DNA from: Candidatus Woesearchaeota archaeon
GTDB taxonomy: Archaea; Nanobdellota; Nanobdellia; Pacearchaeales; GW2011-AR1
Assembly (NCBI GenBank): GCA_964603295.1
Contig: CAZRUG010000005.1
Span: forward strand, 1 to 50,819
Length of the DNA: 50,819 nt
Reading direction: 5' to 3'
Made by a program: the position numbers and the translations under genes. The notes below the pieces were generated by a model. It was not told the origin of the DNA and did not search any database. It was given only the letters and a program-made list of their open reading frames with translations. The number at the start of each line of letters is the position of its first letter. Position 1 is the first letter of the stretch. Of this stretch, positions 35,402 to 43,692 are shown in pieces.

Positions 35402-36553
35402 TCATAAACTCAACAATTTAATGCTTGTATCTGTTGTTGCAAAGTTTCTTCCGATAATTAATAAAACTCCAACTTCTTCAGAAGCACTCACAATAGATTT
35501 TGTAATAGTCCCATCAACAACTAAAACACTTGGTGTGTTCTTTGATCTTTTCAAAGTTGAAGCAACTGCTTTTGTTGAAATTGTTTTCATCTCATTTAAT
35601 GAACCATCTAAAAAAACTGTTTTTTCTTTTCCATCTAAATCATCAAGTAATTTAGACATTTTATTTTTATCTTCATCACTTAATTCAATTTCTTTTATTT
35701 CTTTAGTTTTTGTTTTATAGTTTTGAGTATGAGAAGAGCCCTTTTGGGCAAAGAACTCTTCTGGAGTAACCTTTTTTCTAAGAGCTTGCAAAATTTCTTT
35801 ACTTGTTAATTCTTCAACTTCCTTTCCTTCAGGAGCCATTGCAATGTATTTTACATTAGCATTTTCAACTACATTTTGTGCAATTAAAATCCCTCCCCTA
35901 TCTCCATCAACAAAAAGAGTTAATTCTTTTTCTTCACCCAATTGTTTGATTTCATCAGGAAGTTTTGTTCCATTCATGCCAACAACATTATCAACATGAT
36001 TTCTTAACATATTTACAACATCTGCTCTACCTTCAACTACAATAATTTCTTTACCAGATAAATCCCCACAAGGAAGTTTATTCTTACCATATTCTTGTAT
36101 TAAAGACGCTCTTGCAGAATACTTGATTTCTTGTGAAATTTCTCTTGAACTAGTATCTCCAAACTGACCCATAAGTTTCTTAGCTCTTTCAAGGATATAA
36201 TCTCTTTTACTTCCTCGAACATCCTCTATTTTTTCTACTTCAATTTGTGCATCAGTTGGACCAATTCTATCAATAGTTTCAATTGCAGCTGCAATTAATG
36301 TTGTTTCAGATTGATCTAAGGCAGTTGGAATTGTGATTTTCCCAATTGTTCGTTTATCTTTTTTTTCAAGATCAACTTCAATTCTTCCAATCTTTCCTTC
36401 TTTTTGCAAGTCCCTCATTTCAAGGTCAGCTCCAAGCAAACCTTCTGTTTGACCAAAGATAGCTCCAATTACATCTGGTTTTTCTAAACCACCTTCGCCA
36501 ACAAAGTTCGCATGAATCATATACTTAATTGATACTGGACTTATTTTTGCCAT
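35402..36553 (-). CDS. dnaG: Archaeal DnaG primase-like protein (TOPRIM)
   Basis: It has the N-terminal IKYMIHANFVGEGGLEKPDVIGAIFGQTEGLLG signature and a TOPRIM domain (IIVVEGRADV...FVDGDRGG). Confidence 0.9.
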   Translation of the reverse strand: MAKISPVSIKYMIHANFVGEGGLEKPDVIGAIFGQTEGLLGADLEMRDLQKEGKIGRIEVDLEKKDKRTIGKITIPTALDQSETTLIAAAIETIDRIGPTDAQIEVEKIEDVRGSKRDYILERAKKLMGQFGDTSSREISQEIKYSARASLIQEYGKNKLPCGDLSGKEIIVVEGRADVVNMLRNHVDNVVGMNGTKLPDEIKQLGEEKELTLFVDGDRGGILIAQNVVENANVKYIAMAPEGKEVEELTSKEILQALRKKVTPEEFFAQKGSSHTQNYKTKTKEIKEIELSDEDKNKMSKLLDDLDGKEKTVFLDGSLNEMKTISTKAVASTLKRSKNTPSVLVVDGTITKSIVSASEEVGVLLIIGRNFATTDTSIKLLSL

Positions 36554-36575
36554 TTTCTTATCTCCATTTAATTTG

Positions 36576-36593
36576 TGAAATCGAAAGATTTCA
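36576..36593. promoter_or_regulatory. Inverted repeat TGAAATC-GAAA-GATTTCA upstream of dnaG; contains the recurrent CGAAAGATT motif
   Basis: It has 7-bp perfect arms and lies 23-40 nt upstream of the dnaG ATG, where a TATA box would be expected. Confidence 0.4.
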
Positions 36594-36966
36594 ATTAGAA
36601 AAATATCTACTAAGACTCATTTGCAACAAGCCAAGTGAATGTGAAGTGATAATAATATGATATTTCTCTAACAAAATATTAAAATAAATTTAGTTTTTAA
36701 AGTTTTGCCAATCTTTCTTTTGGCTCCATCCTGTAACTTATCAACATAAGTTTTACTTACATCTTTCAATAAAACGCATTTCATCTTCAGTCGAAATAGA
36801 ATAAGCAATAACACAATGAGAGTAAAAAAACAAATTATTCTTCATTACAACAATATCCTCATTTAATTCAAATTCTAAAGGACATAAAAAACAATAATCT
36901 CGTCTAAATATTTAAAAGGAAAAATAATAAGAAATTTTATAAAAATTATTGTGATAAAAAGAAAAA

Positions 36967-38253
36967 TTAACTTTTTTGTTTAGTGATTTCCATACACATT
37001 CCAGCAGCAACAGTTGCACCAGCATCTCTGATTGCAAATCTTGACATATGTGGATTTTCCTTTTGAGTTTCAATAGCTAAGTTTCCTTTTGGTTGAAGTC
37101 TAACTTTAGCAGTATCTCCATTCTTTAAAAAATCAGGATTTTGCTTAATAACTTGGCCTGTTGCAGGATCAATTTGTTCAATTAATTCTACAAATTGGCA
37201 AGGAACTTGCGCTGTATGAACATGAAATACAGGAGTATATCCTTTTGCTAAAACAGTTGGATGATTAATTACTGTAATTGTAGCAATAAATTCTTCAACA
37301 ATTGGAATTGGTTTATCAGCAGAACAAATAACATCTCCACGAGCAATATCTTTTTTACCAACACCACGAATATTCACACCAACATTCATTCCAGCTGGAG
37401 CTTCTGGATGAGTTTCATGGTGAGCTTCAATTGTCTTAACTTCTCCACTAATTCCTGAACCAGTTCTACCTGGAAGAACAACAACTTTTTGTCCAACCTT
37501 CATAACACCAGTTTCAATTTTACCAACAGGAACAGTTCCAATACCAGTAATATCATAAACATCTTGAACCGGCATTCTCATTGCATATTCAGTTGCTGAT
37601 TCAGGAGCAGGGAAAATATCAATTTGCTCTCTAATTGTTGGCCCTTTATACCAAGACATTTTATCAGATTTTTTTACAATATTATCTCCTTGTAAACCAG
37701 AACAAGCAATAAATGCAGTATTATCTGGATTAATTCCAACACCTTTTAATAATTTACCAACATCTTCTTTAACTTTATTATATTTTGCTTCATCGTAATC
37801 TACAGCATCCATTTTATTCACAGCAACTGCAATATTCTTAACACCCATTGTTCTTAACAACCATAAGTGTTCTGTAGTTTGTGGTTGAACCCCCGAAGGT
37901 GCAGCAATAACTAAGAAAGCAGCATCAGCTTGTGAAGCCCCAGTAATCATGTTCTTAACAAAGTCTCTGTGACCAGGTGCATCAATAATTGTGATTTCAT
38001 ATTTTTCAGTTTGTAATTTTTTATAAGATAAATCAATTGTAACTCCTCTTTCTCTTTCTTCCTTAATATTATCCATAACATAAGCAAATTCAAAACCAGC
38101 TTTACCATGCTTTTCAGCTTCTTCTTTAAGCTTTTTCATTTGTTGTTCAGGCACAGCACCACCATCAAACATCATTCTACCTACGCAAGTAGATTTTCCA
38201 GCATCTACATGCCCTACAAATACAACATTCATGTTTGGTTTATCTTTAGCCAT
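36967..38253 (-). CDS. tuf: Translation elongation factor EF-1 alpha
   Basis: It contains [17 protein letters not shown] and NKMD, and is similar to aEF-1alpha along its full length. Confidence 0.97.
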   Translation of the reverse strand: MAKDKPNMNVVFVGHVDAGKSTCVGRMMFDGGAVPEQQMKKLKEEAEKHGKAGFEFAYVMDNIKEERERGVTIDLSYKKLQTEKYEITIIDAPGHRDFVKNMITGASQADAAFLVIAAPSGVQPQTTEHLWLLRTMGVKNIAVAVNKMDAVDYDEAKYNKVKEDVGKLLKGVGINPDNTAFIACSGLQGDNIVKKSDKMSWYKGPTIREQIDIFPAPESATEYAMRMPVQDVYDITGIGTVPVGKIETGVMKVGQKVVVLPGRTGSGISGEVKTIEAHHETHPEAPAGMNVGVNIRGVGKKDIARGDVICSADKPIPIVEEFIATITVINHPTVLAKGYTPVFHVHTAQVPCQFVELIEQIDPATGQVIKQNPDFLKNGDTAKVRLQPKGNLAIETQKENPHMSRFAIRDAGATVAAGMCMEITKQKS

Positions 38254-38303
38254 TTTCGTTTTATCATTAAATCTTTTTAGATGATTAGTTAAAAAAAAAT
38301 TAG

Positions 38304-38318
38304 TTTATAAATCTTTCG
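38304..38318 (-). promoter_or_regulatory. BRE/TATA-like element CGAAAGATTTATAAA (minus-strand reading) upstream of tuf
   Basis: It lies 51-65 nt upstream of the tuf ATG. The 9-mer AATCTTTCG recurs at three other intergenic sites. Confidence 0.45.
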
Positions 38319-38400
38319 ATATTTTAGAATATATTTTCTTTCAAGATTTTCCTCGACGAGAAAACACAAGATTTTTAATCTATATAATGATTAAAACCAT

Positions 38401-39201
38401 ATGTTAACTATACTTCAACAAATTATCCTCGGAGCAATTCAAGGAATAACAGAATGGCTTCCAATTAGTTCATCTGCAATGATTGCTCTTGTAATGTCAA
38501 ACTTCTTTAATATAACAAACATTGATTCAATTCTCAAGGGAGCTTTATTTTTACACCTCGGAACACTTTTAGCAGCAATAATTTATTTTAGAAAAGATAT
38601 ATTAAATTTAACAGAGACTTCATTAAAATACAAATATTCCGACGAGAAATCAAAAAAAACATTGCGATTTATTATTATAACAACTTTAATCAGTGGATTA
38701 ATAGGAGCAACATTATTATTTACAATATCAAACCTTGCATTAAATTTTGAAACAACTGGAAAAACAATTACTTTTTTTGTAGGAGTTTTTTTATTATTCA
38801 CAGGAATTATTCAAATTAAAATAAATAAAAGAGGATTGAAACAAGAAAGAAATATCAAAGACAAGGATTCGATTCTTCTTGGTATTGCACAAGGTTTTGC
38901 ATCTCTTCCAGGAGTTTCTCGTTCAGGAATCACAGTTTCAACACTTTTACTTAAAAAATTCGACGACACAGTTGCACTAAGACTAAGTTTCCTTATGAGC
39001 ATCCCTCTTGTTCTAATAGCAAACATTATTCTAAACTTAAATCAATTCACATTTACAAACACAGCACTTTACGGCCTTGCAACAAGTTTTGTCTTCGGCA
39101 TTTTAACAATTCATGCCTTAATGAAATTCTCAAAAAAAATAAACTTTGGCTGGTTTGTCTTAATCTTCGCTGTTTTAATGTTGGGAAGCTTGTTAATTTA
39201 A
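38401..39201 (+). CDS. uppP: Undecaprenyl-diphosphate phosphatase (BacA/UppP)
   Basis: It contains GAIQGITEWLPISSSAM and PGVSRSGITVS and is polytopic. TTTTTAAT lies 22-29 nt upstream. Confidence 0.9.
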   Translation: MLTILQQIILGAIQGITEWLPISSSAMIALVMSNFFNITNIDSILKGALFLHLGTLLAAIIYFRKDILNLTETSLKYKYSDEKSKKTLRFIIITTLISGLIGATLLFTISNLALNFETTGKTITFFVGVFLLFTGIIQIKINKRGLKQERNIKDKDSILLGIAQGFASLPGVSRSGITVSTLLLKKFDDTVALRLSFLMSIPLVLIANIILNLNQFTFTNTALYGLATSFVFGILTIHALMKFSKKINFGWFVLIFAVLMLGSLLI

Positions 39202-39255
39202 AAATTCTTGAAAAATTTCTGTATAAATAACAAAAGAATAAAATTAAATTTTCAA

Positions 39256-41412
39256 TTATTGATTTTCACTCAAACCTTTTCTATCACGAATCTTCTTAAT
39301 TACATCGTCTTGCATTGCTGTAGGAATCTTTTCAAATTGCTGTTCAAGAAGAGAACTTGTTCCACGACCTTCTGTTGCACTTCTCAAGTCATTTGACCAA
39401 CCAATCATTTCAGCAACAGGAATCTTTGCCTTTAATTCAGCAGCACCATTTTCTTGTTTCATATCAAGCATTTGACCCCTCTTACTACTTACAAGTTTTG
39501 TAGCTGCTCCCATAAAGTCTTCAGGAACATCAATAACATGAATCTGTAATGGTTCTAAAATTGCGGGCCCCCCTTCCTTCATTGCTTGCTTAATTGCATC
39601 TCTAACAGCAGGATAAATCTGTGCAGGACCTCTGTGAATAGCATCTTCGTGAAGTTTAATATCAGCCAAAGTAACTTTCATTTTCATACAAGGCTCACGA
39701 GCCAAAGGACCTTCATTCATAACCATCTCAAAAGCATCTAAAACCATTTCAATAACTTCTCCAATATGAACTTCTCCCCGAGTTTCATCAAAAAACATGT
39801 TTCCTTTGTAAATATGCTTAACATCCCTAATCTCATCACTACCCCATCCTTGTTCAGAAAGATATTTTGTTACTGCATCAGATTTTTTCTTAATTCTTCC
39901 TTCAGGTAAATCCCCACTTCGAATTGCCTCAAATAATTCATCTTCCAAAGGTTCAACTTTAATAAAGAAACTATTATGCTTATTTGGTGAACGTCCTTCT
40001 CTAACAGGCGATTCCTTTGAAGCTGTTTCTCTATAAACAATAATTGGTGCAGAAGTTCTAACTTCTAAACCTTTTTCAGTCTTAATTCTATTTTCAATAA
40101 TTTCCAAGTGCAATTCACCCATACCAGAAAGTAAGGACTCCCCAGTTTGTTCATTAATTTGAACTTTAATAGAGGGGTCTTCTTTAGCAACTTGTTTTAA
40201 AACTTCAACAAGCTTTGGCAAATCAGCAGCTTTAGTTGCTTCAATAGATTTTGTAACAACAGGCTCAAACAAGTGAGTAATTGCTTCAAAAGGCTCCATC
40301 TCATTCTTAGAAACTGTTTCACCAGCAACAACATCTTTCAAACCTACAACTCCTACAATATTACCTGCAATAGCTTCTTCAACAGTAATTCTTTGAGCAC
40401 CTTTGTAAATTGAAACTTGTTGAACACGAACTTTTTGTTTTGCAATATTCATATAAACATCATCACCTTGTTTTAAACTACCTGAAAATAAACGTCCAGC
40501 AGCAACTTCTCCAGCATGTTTATCTACAACAATCTTAATTGGAATAAAAACAGGTTCTCCATCTGGATTACAATTCATTAAATCTTTTCCAATCTCAGAA
40601 TTTTCATCTCCTTTCCAGATTTTAGGAATTCTATATTTCTGAGCATCAACAGGATTTGGATGGTGCTTAATGCTCATGTTTAAAACAACTTCATGAATTG
40701 GAGCTTTCTTTGCTAATTCCTTATGATTATCATTTTCATAAGCTTCAATAACATCTTTAAAAGTAATTCCATTTGCTTTCATATAAGGAAAACTCAATCC
40801 CCAATTATGAAAAGCAGAACCAAAAGCAACAGTTCCATCCTGAACAGACACTTGCCATTTTTCCTTATAACCTTCTGGAGCAATTTGTGCAATTAAATTA
40901 TTAACATGATCTATAATTTTAACAAAACGAGCTTGCATATCTTCAGGAGTTAATTTAACTTCTTTAATTAACCTATCAACTTTATTGATAAATAAAACAG
41001 GTTTAACTAATTCTTTTAATGCTTGTCTAAGAACAGTTTCAGTTTGGGGCATAACACCTTCAACAGCACATGATAAAACAACGCATCCGTCTACTGCACG
41101 CATCGCACGAGTAACATCACCTCCAAAATCAACATGCCCAGGAGTATCAATTAAATTAATTAAATAATTCTCTCCACTTAATTTATGAATCATAGAAACT
41201 GAAGCTGAATCAATTGTAATTCCTCGAGAAGCTTCATCTTCGTGAAAATCCAATGCTCTTTGTTTACCTGCTGTTTCTGAAGACAACATTCCAGCACCAG
41301 CCAAAAGATTATCTGAAAAAGTAGTTTTACCATGGTCAATATGCGCTGCAATAGCTATATTTCTAATTCTATCTTGCTTCCTCATTAAATCAACAACTTT
41401 AATTTCGCTCAT
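39256..41412 (-). CDS. fusA: Translation elongation factor EF-2
   Basis: It contains AHIDHGKTT, DTPGHVDF and NKVD. The diphthamide-site motif HEDAIHRGPAQ is present, with the His593 codon at 39634-39636. Confidence 0.97.
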   Translation of the reverse strand: MSEIKVVDLMRKQDRIRNIAIAAHIDHGKTTFSDNLLAGAGMLSSETAGKQRALDFHEDEASRGITIDSASVSMIHKLSGENYLINLIDTPGHVDFGGDVTRAMRAVDGCVVLSCAVEGVMPQTETVLRQALKELVKPVLFINKVDRLIKEVKLTPEDMQARFVKIIDHVNNLIAQIAPEGYKEKWQVSVQDGTVAFGSAFHNWGLSFPYMKANGITFKDVIEAYENDNHKELAKKAPIHEVVLNMSIKHHPNPVDAQKYRIPKIWKGDENSEIGKDLMNCNPDGEPVFIPIKIVVDKHAGEVAAGRLFSGSLKQGDDVYMNIAKQKVRVQQVSIYKGAQRITVEEAIAGNIVGVVGLKDVVAGETVSKNEMEPFEAITHLFEPVVTKSIEATKAADLPKLVEVLKQVAKEDPSIKVQINEQTGESLLSGMGELHLEIIENRIKTEKGLEVRTSAPIIVYRETASKESPVREGRSPNKHNSFFIKVEPLEDELFEAIRSGDLPEGRIKKKSDAVTKYLSEQGWGSDEIRDVKHIYKGNMFFDETRGEVHIGEVIEMVLDAFEMVMNEGPLAREPCMKMKVTLADIKLHEDAIHRGPAQIYPAVRDAIKQAMKEGGPAILEPLQIHVIDVPEDFMGAATKLVSSKRGQMLDMKQENGAAELKAKIPVAEMIGWSNDLRSATEGRGTSSLLEQQFEKIPTAMQDDVIKKIRDRKGLSENQ

Positions 41413-41445
41413 TTTTTCCTCGAATATTAATTAATTGAAAAATTA

Positions 41446-41459
41446 GTTTTTAAACTTTG
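41446..41459 (-). promoter_or_regulatory. fusA TATA-like element (CAAAGTTTAAAAAC on the minus strand)
   Basis: It lies 34-47 nt upstream of the ATG. It resembles the elements before rps12, nusA and rpoH. Confidence 0.4.
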
Positions 41460-41464
41460 TTATA

Positions 41465-41875
41465 TTAATTAATCAAATGTCTTTGCACCAAATCTTTAAT
41501 AGAATAAATTCCTTCTCTTTGACATAAAGAAATATAATCAAATCTTGTTAAAAAAGCTTCTACAATATTTGTTGGTTCTAAATCTCCAAAAGCTCTTAGA
41601 GGAGTATGATGCAAAATATCATTACAATTTTTAACTTCATAAGCTTCTGTATTCAAACCACTAATAACAGACCAACAAGCTCGATGTTTTCCATTAAGAA
41701 TATATCCTTTATCTGTAATTAAAATTCCTTCTGAAGACATAACAAACTGAGATTTATCAAAATTACTTTTTCTTGTCTTAACCCTCCCCAATTGATTTAG
41801 CTTATTCATATCAAGTTCGTACCAGTGTGGAATTAACTTTTCACATTCTTCTGATGTTAATACTAACTTTCTCAT
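41465..41875 (-). CDS. Hypothetical protein with a possible ParB/sulfiredoxin-fold nuclease-like motif (ILNGKHRACW)
   Basis: From the ORF track. TTTATAAA at 41897-41904 lies 22-29 nt upstream. GYILNGKHRA resembles the DGHHR motif of ParB-like nucleases. The domain call rests on pattern matching only. Confidence 0.4.
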   Translation of the reverse strand: MRKLVLTSEECEKLIPHWYELDMNKLNQLGRVKTRKSNFDKSQFVMSSEGILITDKGYILNGKHRACWSVISGLNTEAYEVKNCNDILHHTPLRAFGDLEPTNIVEAFLTRFDYISLCQREGIYSIKDLVQRHLIN

Positions 41876-41905
41876 TAAAAATTCAGAAAGAATTATTTTA
41901 TAAAA

Positions 41906-41938
41906 TTAACGCACAACATCAGCTTGTTTTTCTGCTTT
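41906..41938 (-). pseudogene. rps7: Duplicated remnant of the rps7 3' end (encodes KAEKQADVVR-stop)
   Basis: 26 of 33 nt are identical to 42121-42153, including the 16-nt core CATCAGCTTGTTTTTC. It is in frame and keeps the stop codon. The upstream frame is closed by TGA after 5 more codons. Confidence 0.6.
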
Positions 41939-42103
41939 ATGCGAGCGACTGTGTCAGCGAGTATCCGCAGATTTATCGAGGACTTTCAAAATTTTATATT
42001 TTGATTTATGCGAGCGACTCATTAAAATGACATTGTCGATTTTGATGAATGAGAAGTTTACTTCGCTTTGTGTCAGCGAGTATCCGCAGATTTATCGAGG
42101 ACT
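41936..42103. repeat. GC-rich direct-repeat block: a 15-nt repeat x2 and a 35-nt repeat x2
   Basis: TTTATGCGAGCGACT occurs at 41936-41950 and 42005-42019. TGTGTCAGCGAGTATCCGCAGATTTATCGAGGACT occurs at 41950-41984 and 42069-42103. An AT hairpin (TCAAAAT-TTTAT-ATTTTGA) lies at 41986-42004. Confidence 0.85.
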
Positions 42104-42120
42104 ATAGGCGGAAAACAGGC

Positions 42121-42738
42121 TTACCTTGCAGCATCAGCTTGTTTTTCAGCTTCAACTTTTTTTCTTAAAGCAAGACTATCTTGGTTTTCTTCATAAGCCA
42201 TAACAATCTCATCTGTTAAAGCTTGATGCAAAGATTTCTTTTTACCAAAAGATTTATCAGAAGCACCATGTGCAAGATTTTTTAATGCAATATTCACTCT
42301 TCTAAGAGGCGCAACTTCTGCAGCCTGAGGATAACGAGCACCACCATATTCAACAACAGTAACTTCATCACGAGGAGCAGAATTCTCAATTGCTTTGACT
42401 AAAACAGCAACAGGATTTTTTCCAGTTTTCTTTTCAACAAGTTTCAAAGCATCAAGAACAATAGTCATATTCTTTGTATATTTACCAGTTGATTTTTTTT
42501 GAATTCTATGTTTTTTACCTCGATGACCTGCAACAGAAAGTTTATTCATTAATCTCTCCACAACATTAACTTTAGTTTGTCCAAACCTCTGAACATTTCT
42601 ACCATGACTTTTAACTGCTAATTGGGGATTTAAATTAATTACATTTTTTAATCCAGGATCTTCAATAACAATCTCTTTAACACCCCATAAATCAAATAAA
42701 TTAAATTCAGTTGCTGTTTCTTGTTTTTGTTCTTCCAT
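42121..42738 (-). CDS. rps7: 30S ribosomal protein S7 (uS7)
   Basis: Typical archaeal uS7 sequence (e.g. VVEYGGARYPQAAEVAPLRRVNIALKNL). Confidence 0.95.
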   Translation of the reverse strand: MEEQKQETATEFNLFDLWGVKEIVIEDPGLKNVINLNPQLAVKSHGRNVQRFGQTKVNVVERLMNKLSVAGHRGKKHRIQKKSTGKYTKNMTIVLDALKLVEKKTGKNPVAVLVKAIENSAPRDEVTVVEYGGARYPQAAEVAPLRRVNIALKNLAHGASDKSFGKKKSLHQALTDEIVMAYEENQDSLALRKKVEAEKQADAAR

Positions 42739-43160
42739 TATCTTCTACCTTTCTGAATCTTACCTTGAACTAATCTTGCCAAGGGTTGATCATTTACTTT
42801 AATTACCTGAAATCTAACACCAGGAATATCACCTTTAGAACGACCCTGTTTTCCACCAATTCTTTCAATCATAACTTCATCATGTTCATCAACAAATTTC
42901 TGAGCAAGATTACCTGGAATAAAAGCAGTTACTTGTTTTCCATTTTTCTTTAACTGAACTCTACAACATTTTCTCATAGCTGAGTTTGGCTGTTTAGCTT
43001 CTTTTTGAACTTTTTGAAGAACAATTCCTTTTGCTTGTGAAGCTCCCTCTAATGGATCTGACTTTGCATATAAATCCAAAGTTCTAACTTTATAAGCTCT
43101 ATCTTTCCAACGAAATTTTTTCCGTTCCTTTATTTTTTTAAATGCATTTTTTAATCCCAT
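42738..43160 (-). CDS. rps12: 30S ribosomal protein S12 (uS12)
   Basis: [28 protein letters not shown]...[14 protein letters not shown] is a typical uS12 sequence. Confidence 0.95.
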   Translation of the reverse strand: MGLKNAFKKIKERKKFRWKDRAYKVRTLDLYAKSDPLEGASQAKGIVLQKVQKEAKQPNSAMRKCCRVQLKKNGKQVTAFIPGNLAQKFVDEHDEVMIERIGGKQGRSKGDIPGVRFQVIKVNDQPLARLVQGKIQKGRR

Positions 43161-43195
43161 TTTACAATTACTAATATTAAATAAGAAGAAAATCG

Positions 43196-43210
43196 CTTTA
43201 TAAAGTTTTG
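43196..43210 (-). promoter_or_regulatory. rps12 TATA-like element (CAAAACTTTATAAAG on the minus strand)
   Basis: It lies 36-50 nt upstream of the rps12 ATG, just past the nusA stop. Confidence 0.4.
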
Positions 43211-43211
43211 C

Positions 43212-43637
43212 TCAAACAATCTTAAATTCCTTTCCAAAAAAATTCTTAATTATTTTTTGCATCTCATTTAATCGCCTTTTATTTCTTCCAATTAATGCAG
43301 CTTTACTTTGTCTTCCGGCTGTTAAAATAACTTCTTTATCAGTTACTTCAAGTTCATTAAACTCAACTGGATTAACAATTGCTTGAATAAATTCTTTAAT
43401 ATGCTGGTCTCCCAAAGGAATTGGAACAACCCTAACTCTCTTCCCAAGAATACTACTAAGTTTTCTTAAATTAGATGCCTCTTTTCCAAGTGCTTTATTA
43501 ATCATTTGTTTGGGAACTAAAAAATACATAATTTCATTATACATAAAACAATGTCTCGTCGGTATTTTAGTAATTTTAGCAAAAAGATTAAGATACCTCA
43601 TATCCTGCATTTCAATTGTTCCCGTCGCCATTATCAT
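43212..43637 (-). CDS. nusA: Archaeal NusA-like KH-domain protein
   Basis: It is about 140 aa with two KH-like segments (INKALGKEASNLRKLSSILGKRVRVV; ALIGRNKRRLNEMQKII). It sits between rpoA and rps12. Confidence 0.85.
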   Translation of the reverse strand: MIMATGTIEMQDMRYLNLFAKITKIPTRHCFMYNEIMYFLVPKQMINKALGKEASNLRKLSSILGKRVRVVPIPLGDQHIKEFIQAIVNPVEFNELEVTDKEVILTAGRQSKAALIGRNKRRLNEMQKIIKNFFGKEFKIV

Positions 43638-43658
43638 TAAAGTCCTAAAATATAATTA

Positions 43659-43674
43659 GTTTATAAAAGTATTG
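43659..43674 (-). promoter_or_regulatory. nusA TATA-like element (CAATACTTTTATAAAC on the minus strand)
   Basis: TTTATAAA lies 23-30 nt upstream of the ATG at 43637. Confidence 0.45.
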
Positions 43675-43692
43675 TTACTTAAAGAAAAAGTA

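Noticed and set aside
36753-36911. A minus-strand open frame downstream of tuf, ..DYCFLCPLEFELNEDIVVMKNNLFFYSHCVIAYSISTEDEMRFIERCK*, has a CxxC and a nearby TTTTATAAAA.
   Set aside because: It has no ATG/GTG/TTG start before the internal Met (30 codons) and no recognisable family. It could be a gene remnant, but the support is insufficient.
41827-42030. A 67-aa plus-strand ORF spans the repeat block.
   Set aside because: It starts antisense to the ParB-like ORF, and its sequence merely reflects the duplicated repeats (LYASDCVSEY../IYASDSLK). It has no promoter.
41950-42103. The two identical 35-nt direct repeats could be taken for a mini-CRISPR array.
   Set aside because: There are only two copies, the intervening segment is 84 nt (far longer than a spacer), a second nested 15-nt repeat is present, and there are no cas genes. 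I treat it as a recombination/insertion scar instead.
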